Assembly (NCBI GenBank): GCA_050117845.1
Contig: JASFLY010000023.1
Coordinates: 1 to 46,789, forward strand
Source: Candidatus Zixiibacteriota bacterium
GTDB taxonomy: Bacteria > RBG-13-66-14 > B26-G2 > WVWN01
Length of the DNA stretch: 46,789 bases
Reading direction: 5' to 3'
Shown here: piece by piece, positions 38,080 through 46,789 of the stretch
How positions within the stretch are numbered: position 1 is the first letter of the stretch
Layout: each line of letters begins with the position of its first letter
Notes under the pieces: generated by a model
What the model saw: the letters and a program-made list of their open reading frames with translations, nothing else
Databases searched by the model: none
Told to the model about the DNA's origin: nothing
Position numbers and translations under genes: made by a program

Positions 38080-38634
38080 ATGGCGGACCGTACCGAATTC
38101 GCGTGTATAGCCACGGCGCTTGGCGGCGATCAAGACACCGACGTAGAAGGTGACAAGGAGGCTTATCTCGATCTGGCAGATGCTAATAACATCGTTTTAG
38201 ATTTTGCGAAATTCATACCTACCGAACCGAATGATATAGGAAGGGCGGTCCAAGATACATTCGTGTGGCGTATGTATCAGAGTATTAGTGGGTGACGCCG
38301 TTTCGACCATATTATTATTTACCATCACGGAGTTTACCCAGGCCCCGGCCTATTGCGGCATTGGCCGCCGGAACTACAGATGATAGATCCCGACGAGGTA
38401 TTAAAGAATACGTCGCCGTGCCTCGCGGGGGATGGAACACTATACATATGTGCGTGTTACCAGCAATTAAAGGTGTAGCGAGAATGGGCTACTTACTGCG
38501 GTTTTAATAAAGGATTACGAGTATGGCCCGGTACCGGTCGGCCTTTTAAATACCCAGAACTTCGGGGTAAATTCATAGTTGAAGAAACCCACCCTAACTT
38601 GTTACAATGGTTTAGAAGTATATTTTCAAAATGA
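38080..38634 (+). pseudogene. Cassette 4 His/Cys protein, disrupted by two in-frame stops
   Basis: One frame with TGA 38293 and TAG 38476; reads RFDHIIIYHHG...DGTLYICACYQ...LRVWPGTGR; final TGA overlaps ATG 38631. Confidence 0.8.
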
Positions 38635-39605
38635 TACGGCTATTTCCCATAATTTTATTAACCGTTGCTTTGTCTGTAACGTGTAGCCCCAAAGCCGCTG
38701 CTCCCCATGGGTACGTCTACGCGGGTAGTTGGGGAGGGGAAGGTATAGGTGACGGGCAATTTCTCGAGTTGACTGCCATAGCCGTCGGGCCGCAGGGGAA
38801 CGTGTACGCTATAGACGAGGCGGCGCGAAGCGTACAGGTTTTTTCGGGTTCAGGTTCATTTGTAACTAAATGGTATATCGATCTGGAGATCCCCGAAGGA
38901 GAGGGGGATCCGCTGGCTTTGGAACCGGTATGTTTAACGACGGATTTGAACGGTTCGGTTTTCGTAGCCGACGCGCGTACCCGGACCGTGAAGAGATTTA
39001 CCGCTACCGGTTCGTTCGTAAACGAGTGGCCTTACCGCGACTCCATACCTAACGAGGAGTTATACGTTTACGGTATGCCGCCCTCTCTAGCGGCAACCGC
39101 CGGCGGGCGGGTTTTAGTCGGTGACGGCGCGTCGCTTTTCGTGACGGGTTATGATGAAACGGGGTCGATAACGTTCAAGTCCCGTCCCGCGGTCGTAGGA
39201 GAAAAAAGCCGTCGTTACTACCCTGCTGCTTTGGCGGCCGCTCCCGAAGGCGGGTTTTTAGTGGCGGATACGTACGAATGTGTCGTTAAACGTTTTAATT
39301 CTGAAGGCTCGTGTGTTGCATCCTTCGGTCGCCACGGTTCGGAAGCGGGCGAATTCGAATTTCCGAGCGGGGTAGCTGTCGGTTCCGACGGGACCATATT
39401 CGTAGCCGACGTCGGCAACGAACGGGTGCAGTACTTTTCCCGCGACGGTTCCTTCCTGGGCCAATTCGGTTCGTACGGTAAGGACGAAGGCGAATTTTCC
39501 GGCCCCATTACCGTCGCCGTCGCCGCAGACGGTACTGTATACGTCGCGGATACCGGCAACCACCGCATCCAATACTTCCGGCCGGTCCCGGCCGAGGACA
39601 AATAA
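38631..39605 (+). CDS. NHL-repeat beta-propeller, exported or lipoprotein
   Basis: Leader ending LSVTC; GEFEFPSGVAVGSDGTIFVADVGNERVQYF repeats. Confidence 0.9.
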   Translation: MIRLFPIILLTVALSVTCSPKAAAPHGYVYAGSWGGEGIGDGQFLELTAIAVGPQGNVYAIDEAARSVQVFSGSGSFVTKWYIDLEIPEGEGDPLALEPVCLTTDLNGSVFVADARTRTVKRFTATGSFVNEWPYRDSIPNEELYVYGMPPSLAATAGGRVLVGDGASLFVTGYDETGSITFKSRPAVVGEKSRRYYPAALAAAPEGGFLVADTYECVVKRFNSEGSCVASFGRHGSEAGEFEFPSGVAVGSDGTIFVADVGNERVQYFSRDGSFLGQFGSYGKDEGEFSGPITVAVAADGTVYVADTGNHRIQYFRPVPAEDK

Positions 39606-39680
39606 CGTTCCGCTCTAATGCCCGCGCCGGCGAGGCGCGTCTCTCCCAACTCGAGGGGTAAGGGCGCAAGGCCTTGCGCT

Positions 39681-40520
39681 CTACGTTGACGGGAGTACCT
39701 TCCCCCAAAACACCGAATAGGTGAAGAAGGCGTAGTACGAGGCGTCGTTCAGGACGAAATCGGGGGACGTCGGATCGGTGAGGCGTTTGAACTCCGCCCG
39801 CTCCTCGGCCGTCAGCTCCTCTTCCACGCCGTACCACCTCATATCGAACAGGCCGAGTAACGCTTGCCTAAACCCGTCGCTTAACGGCGCGCACGCGTCT
39901 CCCGCGAAAGTCCTTCCCCGGACATCCTCGAGCCCCAGGTCCCGGAACCACTCGGCCGCGCGCATGAAGTGGCGCGCCGGCGGCATCCCGCGTTCGAAGG
40001 GCGCGAGGCCCGCGGCCGTCCCTTTCAAGCGCGCTTCCAACGCGGGGTAGCCCGGCAGCAGTTGTTCCGACGACCACGCCAGGATCGCTACCGTGCCCCC
40101 GGGTTTCACGACCCGGGCGAGTTCCCCCAGAGCGGGGAACGGCACCGCGCGGTAATACCCGACGCAATCGGCGCTCCACGCCCAGTCGAACGAGTCGTCG
40201 TCGAAGGGGAGGTCGTTAACGTCCCCCTTTTCGAATGTGACCCGTTCGGCCAGGCCGGCTTCCCGTACTAACTCCTCTCCCCTAGCGAGTAGTGGTTCTG
40301 ATAAATCCAGGCCGACGACCCGGCCTTCGGGGCCGACGGCCTCCGCTAACGTAATCGCCGCCAGGCCGTTGCCGCAACCGGCGTCCAGGCCCCGGCTGCC
40401 GCGGGGTAAATCGAGCGCGGCGATGGCGTTGTTAAAAACCTCTTCACGTAGCGGATGGAACACCTCAAGCAGGCGGTACGCTTCCTCGCCGCCGTGGATT
40501 TCGGCGTTATTGTTCGTCAT
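39681..40520 (-). CDS. Class I SAM-dependent methyltransferase
   Basis: LDAGCGNG, VVGLDLS, LPFDDDSFD, RVVKPGG. Confidence 0.9.
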   Translation of the reverse strand: MTNNNAEIHGGEEAYRLLEVFHPLREEVFNNAIAALDLPRGSRGLDAGCGNGLAAITLAEAVGPEGRVVGLDLSEPLLARGEELVREAGLAERVTFEKGDVNDLPFDDDSFDWAWSADCVGYYRAVPFPALGELARVVKPGGTVAILAWSSEQLLPGYPALEARLKGTAAGLAPFERGMPPARHFMRAAEWFRDLGLEDVRGRTFAGDACAPLSDGFRQALLGLFDMRWYGVEEELTAEERAEFKRLTDPTSPDFVLNDASYYAFFTYSVFWGKVLPST

Positions 40521-40568
40521 CGTTCGTCATCGTCCGGTCCTTCCGAGTAGTTTAAGAGGCGGGACGTA

Positions 40569-41204
40569 TTATTCTTTCCTCACAATCGTGGCGATGTACG
40601 GAAAGCGGCGCTCGAACGTGAACGCCGCCCCGAGCCCCGCGACCATTTTCTCAATCTCTTCTCGAGTATAGGAGGCTTTGACGGATTCCCGCATACCTCT
40701 CGGCCCGGGCATCAGGTAGTAAGTAAGCCATCGCCTTTCGAAGTCGTATATGAGCATTACGCCCGCCGGCTTGAGGGCGCCGTAAAGGTTTCGGAACGCT
40801 TTGGGGGCGTCGGTCCAGTGGTGCAACGAAAACGTCGAGTAAATGAGGTCGAATGTCCCGAGGTCGGAGACGAGCGTGTCGTCCTCCACAACGCCGCCTA
40901 CGAAGCGGATGCGTTCGGCCGGTCCTTTGTCCGCGACGTAATCGGTTGCTATACGGACCATATCCGGCGAGGGCTCAAGGCCGACGATTTCGCTCGTCGG
41001 GTGGTCTTCCGCGATTAACGCGGTCTGGTAGCCGGGGCCCGTCCCTATCTCGAGGAAACGTCCCGATTTGTTTTGCCGTGCGAGTAATTTCCTGAAACCA
41101 TTCAGGTAGAAGCGTCCCAACCGCTGCTGCATCCCTAGGTAGTACTCGGCCGTTGCGGCCCCGTCCAGGACCTCGAAATCTGTATGAGGTTTTCGCGTCG
41201 GCAT
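40569..41204 (-). CDS. Class I SAM-dependent methyltransferase
   Basis: LEIGTGPG, FDLIYSTFSLHHW, LKPAG. Confidence 0.9.
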   Translation of the reverse strand: MPTRKPHTDFEVLDGAATAEYYLGMQQRLGRFYLNGFRKLLARQNKSGRFLEIGTGPGYQTALIAEDHPTSEIVGLEPSPDMVRIATDYVADKGPAERIRFVGGVVEDDTLVSDLGTFDLIYSTFSLHHWTDAPKAFRNLYGALKPAGVMLIYDFERRWLTYYLMPGPRGMRESVKASYTREEIEKMVAGLGAAFTFERRFPYIATIVRKE

Positions 41205-41222
41205 AACGTAGGTCCTCTCGAT

Positions 41223-42017
41223 TTATACTATCAGGTTACCTCGCAGTACCGTTACGGCCTTTCCTCCCAATTTAACCCGGTCGCCGGCGAGCGTCACCCT
41301 CACGACGCCGCCGCGGGCCGAGGCCTGGAACGCCAGCATCTCGTCTTTCCCTAGTTTGGCGCCCCAGTGAGGGCCGAGCGCGCAATGCGCCGAGCCGGTA
41401 ACCGGGTCCTCGTCGATGCCGGCGCCGGGAGCGAAGAAGCGCGAGACGAAGTCAAATTCCCCGGCCCCTCCGGCCGCGGTTACCATCACGCCGCGGACGT
41501 TGAGTTCGCGCAAGCGGCGAGGGTCGGGTTCAATACTCCGGACGACGTCTTCGCAGGCCGCCTCCACGAAATAATCGAAACGCGTCCGGCCCACGTACGA
41601 GGCTTCGGTTACGCCCAGCGCCTCCAACAGGCCGGGCGGCACCTCGGCCTTTTCCGGCGCGGTGCCGGGGAAGTCAAGCTCGATCCATTCGCCGTTGCGC
41701 TTCGCCGTCAAAAGGCCGCTCTTCGTGTGGAAACGGGCCTCCCGGTCCTCGGGTAGATATCCCTCCGTGAATAGAATGTGGGCGGTGGCCAAGGTCGCAT
41801 GGCCGCACAGGTCCACCTCCACGGCGGGGGTGAACCAACGCAAGTTATAACCGTCTTCGACAGGGTAGAGGAATGCGGTCTCGGAGAGGTTCATCTCCCG
41901 ACCCACGTGCTGCATCCACGCCTCGTCCGCCGGCCCGTCGAGCGGGCACACCGCCGCCGGGTTGCCGGCGAACGGTTCTTCCGTGAAAGCGTCGACCTGG
42001 AATACTGGTATAGCCAT
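41223..42017 (-). CDS. PhzF family isomerase
   Basis: QVDAF...GNPAAV, EMNLSETAF, EVDLCGHATLA, EDPVTGSAH. Confidence 0.92.
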   Translation of the reverse strand: MAIPVFQVDAFTEEPFAGNPAAVCPLDGPADEAWMQHVGREMNLSETAFLYPVEDGYNLRWFTPAVEVDLCGHATLATAHILFTEGYLPEDREARFHTKSGLLTAKRNGEWIELDFPGTAPEKAEVPPGLLEALGVTEASYVGRTRFDYFVEAACEDVVRSIEPDPRRLRELNVRGVMVTAAGGAGEFDFVSRFFAPGAGIDEDPVTGSAHCALGPHWGAKLGKDEMLAFQASARGGVVRVTLAGDRVKLGGKAVTVLRGNLIV

Positions 42018-42242
42018 AATACCTCCGACGAGTTCGGTTTACGTTATTATCCGATAACACTCATCCCCGCGCCCTCAATGAATACTACAATCGCTCCCCC
42101 CGACGTATCAACTTAAATACGAACGCAGTTTGTCGACCGGGTAACGATGAATGGGCCAGGAAAAACGCGTTTAAGCCGTTGATTCCGGCGGCTCTTCTGT
42201 TACCAATATTAAAGAGCGGATACATTACATCGGGGGCTGATT

Positions 42243-44900
42243 ATGAGTACAATACAGATGCCTTCCCGGCCGCCGGAGTACGCGGCCCGACAGGGTTACG
42301 TCAAGCCGTTGTGGCGCGTCGTCCTTCGCCGCCACGATACGAGGGAGAATTACATCCCGGCCGACGAGGCTTACAACCTGCCGGCCATCGGGGAATCGCT
42401 CGAAAGTGACAAGTACTCCGTAGCCAAGGTCGGGTCTCTTTCACTCGAGCTCGCCCGAACCCCCGAACTCGTCGACTTCCTCTCCGGGTTGGCCGAACCT
42501 GAACGGCTTTCGCTTAAAATCGTAACGTATCACCTCTTCTGTTGGAAACACCGGTACGCTATCTGGTACGGCCTTTTGCGGAACCTGCCCGAGGGAGAGG
42601 CCGCCTACGCGGCGGACAAGCTCCGCCTCACGTTCGTATCCTGTCCGGGCGCATGGGAGGACGGCGACGAGGTCAAGGACCCGGATACGGGAACCTGGTA
42701 TAAAAACAAGCACGTCCACGACGTATTGCTGCCGGCGTTTATCAAGGAGGGCCGAGCGCAAGCGGGGAGCGGCACGTATGTTCTCGAAGAACCGGCCGTC
42801 CGCGGCGACGCGTATTTTTGGAGCGGGACCGAACTCCCCCGCAAATGCCTCGCCGCCCGGGGTGTTCCGTACGACGATACGTACCAGGTCAAGAGCCTGT
42901 GCTGGGATTCCAAACGCGAGCTCCTTTATATGGGCGTGCGGGACGGCGTCCCCGGTACCGATAATAACCCGTGGCTCGTTTCGTATAACCCGGCGACGCG
43001 GGAATGGATTAAGGTCTGCCGTTTCAAGTACGCCGGCCCGCGCGATTGGCGGAAACTTGGGCGCCCGACGGAATGGGAAGTCCTTCATCTAGAGTACGAC
43101 GCCGCGGCCGATAAAGTCTGGTACGTGTGTCAAACGACCCACGCCAATCTCTGCGACCCCCAGGCCCATTATAAGTGCTACGGTTCGATTAACATGGCCG
43201 ACGCGCCCAAGACCGTCGACTTGGTGGAAGGTAACCTTTTCACGTTGCACAATAAAGGCTTCGCCGTTCGGTCGAAACCCGTCTCGTATGATAATTATGG
43301 CCAGGGCGATAACTACGCTTACGGGTTGGCCCAAACTATCGGGTGGGGGACACCGAATGCCGAAAAAGAATGCGGCGCCATGCACGTTGGGGATAGGCGA
43401 GAGACGACCCTTTACGAGAACAAGGGCGTACGGCCGGGTTCCGATGTATTGCCCATACAAAGGGTTACCGGTGGGAACCGCCCGCGGCCGGGCGATTTTT
43501 GCGAAGTCCACGACGAATTAGGTAACAGGCGGCAGAGTTTCGGTGAGGTAGTGAGCGTTTCACGCAGCTCGGACGATAAGTTTTTATACGTTAAGTGCGA
43601 AAAACGCGCCAGGTATTATTATAGGAATTACGTCGAACCTTTGACTACGAACGTTAATGTTTATTTCTATAAAGGCGATAAAGTCCCCGACCACAACGTT
43701 TTTATCGGCAAACCGCAGACGGTCACCGTGGAATTCCTTCATGCCGACGGCACCCTCACCGGTTTGAACGCGCCGGATCCGGTCGATATCGTCGTCGAAC
43801 ACAAACACTACCGAAAAGGCCGCGAGCAGTTCTATTGGCCGAGGAAAATAGGCGAGATATCCGAGGACGGCGAAACCGAGATTGACGTTACCGGTTTCGT
43901 GTCCTTCATCTCCATGCGGGACCTTAGCCTTTACAATACCGAAGACGAGACGGAATACTATTGCGCGTGGAACCCGGCGCCGTTCCGCATTACCTTCGAA
44001 GGTTACCACGCTTCCTTCTTACTCGCGGACGGTTTCTCCGTACACAGCAGTCTCCAGGACCACGGCGATTACGGACCCTACCGCCAACCCGGTAAATGCC
44101 GGGTCGTGAAGGACGGGAAGACGTGTGAGATGGCCGGGGGCGGTACGCTCAGTACCTACGGGGACATCTTCCTCTTTAAGTACGGGTCGCGCGTATACGC
44201 CGCCTGGAACGACCACGCTTGCGACGCGGGATACAATCGTTTTCCGCAATGCAAGCTGGCCGTGTGGGAGGAGGCCAAAAGCCGATTCCGGCGGATATGG
44301 GTAAACCGTAAGGGGGAGCGATGGTGGGTGCAAGACGTCGAGAGTTATATCACTTCCGCCATACGGCACCGGGACCGTTTTTATTTGGGACGCCGGTACT
44401 ACGGCCGCAATTGGATTGATACCGGCGTTAAGGTGTTTTGGGCCGCCCCTCCCCAGACGAATATGGGCGTCTCCGTTTACGACGGCGGTATCGTCGCGAT
44501 GGCTGCGGTCAAGGGGGACAAGTCCGAAGTGTTCGAGGCGGGCGACGTAATTCGGTTCTACGTCGGCTCGGGGGAGTTGTCGAATCGCGGCCTCCCCGGT
44601 AAGGAGTACGTAATATCGGAAGTCCAGACGTTCGAGCGGGAGATAACGCCGAAAATCGTTTTGGAACCCTGGCTGCAATGGCAGGCCGGGCCGACGGAAA
44701 CATCGACGGAGTACTTGGCCGACGGCGAGGGATCATATTACAAGGGCGAGGTGACCTTGTTGTCGATCCTTTCGATTGAGCCGTACATGGAGAACGGCCG
44801 TACGTATAGCGAGCAAATAGGTTTCGAGGTGCGCGGCAAATACATCTCGGTGGCCAAGGGGCGCGACGAACGGCACCAAATCATGGAGTTGCTAAGGTGA
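42243..44900 (+). CDS. Large putative tail-tip/hub protein
   Basis: 885 aa, aromatic and beta-rich, on the phage strand, first of a tightly coupled run; call is contextual. Confidence 0.55.
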   Translation: MSTIQMPSRPPEYAARQGYVKPLWRVVLRRHDTRENYIPADEAYNLPAIGESLESDKYSVAKVGSLSLELARTPELVDFLSGLAEPERLSLKIVTYHLFCWKHRYAIWYGLLRNLPEGEAAYAADKLRLTFVSCPGAWEDGDEVKDPDTGTWYKNKHVHDVLLPAFIKEGRAQAGSGTYVLEEPAVRGDAYFWSGTELPRKCLAARGVPYDDTYQVKSLCWDSKRELLYMGVRDGVPGTDNNPWLVSYNPATREWIKVCRFKYAGPRDWRKLGRPTEWEVLHLEYDAAADKVWYVCQTTHANLCDPQAHYKCYGSINMADAPKTVDLVEGNLFTLHNKGFAVRSKPVSYDNYGQGDNYAYGLAQTIGWGTPNAEKECGAMHVGDRRETTLYENKGVRPGSDVLPIQRVTGGNRPRPGDFCEVHDELGNRRQSFGEVVSVSRSSDDKFLYVKCEKRARYYYRNYVEPLTTNVNVYFYKGDKVPDHNVFIGKPQTVTVEFLHADGTLTGLNAPDPVDIVVEHKHYRKGREQFYWPRKIGEISEDGETEIDVTGFVSFISMRDLSLYNTEDETEYYCAWNPAPFRITFEGYHASFLLADGFSVHSSLQDHGDYGPYRQPGKCRVVKDGKTCEMAGGGTLSTYGDIFLFKYGSRVYAAWNDHACDAGYNRFPQCKLAVWEEAKSRFRRIWVNRKGERWWVQDVESYITSAIRHRDRFYLGRRYYGRNWIDTGVKVFWAAPPQTNMGVSVYDGGIVAMAAVKGDKSEVFEAGDVIRFYVGSGELSNRGLPGKEYVISEVQTFEREITPKIVLEPWLQWQAGPTETSTEYLADGEGSYYKGEVTLLSILSIEPYMENGRTYSEQIGFEVRGKYISVAKGRDERHQIMELLR

Positions 44901-46039
44901 TAGCGAGCCGGGTATCGTGGGACGTCGTTTACACCGCTACGCCCACGGCGGGCGAACCTGCCGAGGGGAAGGAAGTGGAACACGACGCCAAGGATTGGAA
45001 GGGCGAGGACCACGAAGTCGACTACGAGGACGATTATCCCCGGATGCCTCTCGTGGAACTCGATGAACCGAACGTCGTCCCCGATTCTATCACCGTAACG
45101 CTGAAGGACAGCGGGCGGGAATTCGACTTGGACGATTATACCGATGAGGAAGAAGAGTACAATTTTTACCAAACGTGGCCCACGCCTTTGAAGTACGAAT
45201 GTTGGGTCCACCGCAAACAAGGGGACGACTTCGACCGCTGTCGGCTTTTCTTCAACCCGGTATGGGAGGGCGAAGAGATAGACGTAGTCTACGAATATTA
45301 CCTCAAGGACGCCGAGATAATATGCCCGGTGGTCTTCAGCGGGGACCTGTACTTCAACGAGGCGGGACAACGCCACCGGTGGTTGAAGAAGGTCGGCGAC
45401 GCCTTCGAGTCGACCTACTCTCCCCGCGTCGGTGACCGCGGCCTCGTGTGCGCGTGCGCCGGAGGCGACCGCGCATGGGCCATAGGCGAACCTTCCGACC
45501 TGTTGGTTCAGTTCGCGAAGGAGTGGTCCGGCTACGTCCACGAGGTCGACGCCGGCGGCAAGAGGATATGGAACGTCGTGGCCGACCTCGCCCGCGCGGG
45601 CGATATGTACTGCTTCAACCGGATGGGCACTCTCTATATCGCCCGGCGCGACACCGCTACCAAAACCGGGACCTTCCCCAACATCCTCAAGATAACGCGC
45701 AAGGACCTTCCACCTTACGAGAAAGTGGTGTTCAGTTACGCGAACGGCAAGGTAGAACTCGGTTCCGGCAAACCCGTGATGAGCCTGAGTTGCGATTACG
45801 TCTACGACAAGGGACACGCCGAGATCCTCTGCTCGGCCGCGTACGGTTTCTATACCATAAAGCGGCGGCAGTTCACCGTCGAGTGCGCCGGCGTAATCGA
45901 GCAGGTGGGCCTGTGCGAGGAGAAGGAGCTGGAATACTACGGCGTCAAGTACGCCGGGTTGGTTACGGGCCGGAACTTCAATGCCCAGGGCACGACGACC
46001 TTCACGCTGGTAGAGAAGGTCGTGGCGGCCCGGGATTGA
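44897..46039 (+). CDS. Putative tail/baseplate hub-like protein
   Basis: GTGA overlap with the upstream gene; IWNVVADLARAGDMYCFNRMGTLYIARR recalls hub proteins. Confidence 0.5.
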   Translation: MIASRVSWDVVYTATPTAGEPAEGKEVEHDAKDWKGEDHEVDYEDDYPRMPLVELDEPNVVPDSITVTLKDSGREFDLDDYTDEEEEYNFYQTWPTPLKYECWVHRKQGDDFDRCRLFFNPVWEGEEIDVVYEYYLKDAEIICPVVFSGDLYFNEAGQRHRWLKKVGDAFESTYSPRVGDRGLVCACAGGDRAWAIGEPSDLLVQFAKEWSGYVHEVDAGGKRIWNVVADLARAGDMYCFNRMGTLYIARRDTATKTGTFPNILKITRKDLPPYEKVVFSYANGKVELGSGKPVMSLSCDYVYDKGHAEILCSAAYGFYTIKRRQFTVECAGVIEQVGLCEEKELEYYGVKYAGLVTGRNFNAQGTTTFTLVEKVVAARD

Positions 46040-46053
46040 CGGAGGGATTGTAG

Positions 46054-46716
46054 ATGGGTGCCTGGGATCTTTATCACACGCGGGGCGAACTCGGGCCGCG
46101 GGTGGATTGTCTGGACACGGACGGCGAGACCGTCCGCCTGAGTTACACCTGGACCGACGTCGCCGGGGCCTCGATGTTCGAGCTCGACAACGTGGCGCCG
46201 GTGATGACGGAGTTCTTCGAGCTCGAGGAGAAGATTCGGGTGGGCCTCGACGGCCGCAAGATAGTCGAGACCGGCGGCTTCTATTACCGCGCCAAGCTGG
46301 AGTTCCCGCTGGTGAGCAAGACGGCCGGCGGCCAGGTGGCCGCGGTTCTGAACCACTGCGGCCGCGGCGGCCACTATCAGGTGCGGTTCTACCCCCACTC
46401 TGATAATACCGACATCTCGTTTTTATGTCATATCAAGGGAAACGTGGACGATTTCAAGGTGGACGGCCGGCCCTTTGCCGGCGGCCACGCCGCGACGCTC
46501 GAGGTCCTCGGCATCGAGCCGTTCAAGGAGATCCCGTGGCCCGTGAGCCGGGCCCTCAAGTTCATGGACAAGACGGCCTGGGGGGCCTACTCCGCCGCCG
46601 AGAAGGTGAACGCGTTCATGGGTGACAAGGGGGCCTGGGGTAGTTATTCCACAGCCGAGAAAGAAAGCGTACTGGGTTATTTAACCGAAACTTCGGAGCT
46701 GGTCATATTCGACTAG
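46054..46716 (+). CDS. Putative distal-tail-like protein
   Basis: GGAGG RBS; VRFYPHSD; C-terminal repeat MDKTAWGAYSAAEK / GDKGAWGSYSTAEK. Confidence 0.5.
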   Translation: MGAWDLYHTRGELGPRVDCLDTDGETVRLSYTWTDVAGASMFELDNVAPVMTEFFELEEKIRVGLDGRKIVETGGFYYRAKLEFPLVSKTAGGQVAAVLNHCGRGGHYQVRFYPHSDNTDISFLCHIKGNVDDFKVDGRPFAGGHAATLEVLGIEPFKEIPWPVSRALKFMDKTAWGAYSAAEKVNAFMGDKGAWGSYSTAEKESVLGYLTETSELVIFD

Positions 46717-46735
46717 TCCGCCGCAAGGGGGCGTA

Positions 46736-46789
46736 ATGGCGAACAACTGGGTTAAATACGAGCATTCCAACTATCCGGCCGGCGGGCCG
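46736..46789 (+). CDS. Start of the next cluster gene (truncated by the window edge)
   Basis: AGGGGG RBS then MANNWVKYEHSNYPAGGP, open to the edge. Confidence 0.5.
   Translation, partial: MANNWVKYEHSNYPAGGP

Larger units (their letters stand above)
20480..46789 (+). mobile_element. Phage-derived head-tail gene cluster (degenerate prophage or GTA-like), continues past the right edge
   Basis: Terminase, portal, protease, capsid, adaptor, tail tube, chaperones and tail-tip genes all on +; interrupted by host genes; no integrase, replication or lysis genes seen. Confidence 0.8.

Noticed and set aside
38293..38478. In-frame TGA/TAG as selenocysteine, pyrrolysine or an alternative genetic code
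   Set aside because: Two different stops in one gene, the TAG falls at a conserved Trp, and TGA/TAG terminate other genes normally; a pseudogene is simpler.
22099..45817. Long antisense ORFs (22099..22995, 28828..29694, 35970..36677, 44738..45817 and others)
   Set aside because: Shadow frames of high-GC3 genes on the opposite strand, with no recognisable motifs.
35495..46789. Contractile injection system or R-type tailocin
   Set aside because: No sheath or baseplate wedge genes recognised, and full head and packaging genes are present.

Overview
GC-rich bacterial chromosome segment, probably from a diderm (lipoproteins, an outer-membrane barrel). The left ~20 kb is mostly host genes: tandem DUF3160-like lipoproteins, a C-N hydrolase, a PQQ-type propeller, corA, three tRNAs, an HTH-multi-PAS regulator, MarR/XRE regulators and a pyruvoyl arginine decarboxylase. 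From ~20.5 kb to the right edge lies a phage-derived head-tail cluster: terminase, portal, ChaB-protease/scaffold, Mu gpT-like capsid, adaptors, tail tube, tail-assembly chaperones, a very short tape-measure-like protein and tail-tip proteins. No integrase, replication or lysis genes are visible, gene order is scrambled, and host genes interrupt it, so it looks domesticated (GTA-like or a cargo-delivery particle). The most notable signal is four cassettes inside it, each a divergent His/Cys caspase-fold-like protein followed by an exported, mostly NHL beta-propeller, partner. They show signs of a polymorphic effector/immunity system: a shared 78-nt anchor repeat, duplicated adaptor genes, a leftover propeller 3' end, one protease disrupted by two stops, and two near-consensus sigma70 promoters. 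A -1 frameshifted tail chaperone also coexists with hard-wired long and short paralogs. All family calls come from motif recognition by eye, not database searches.
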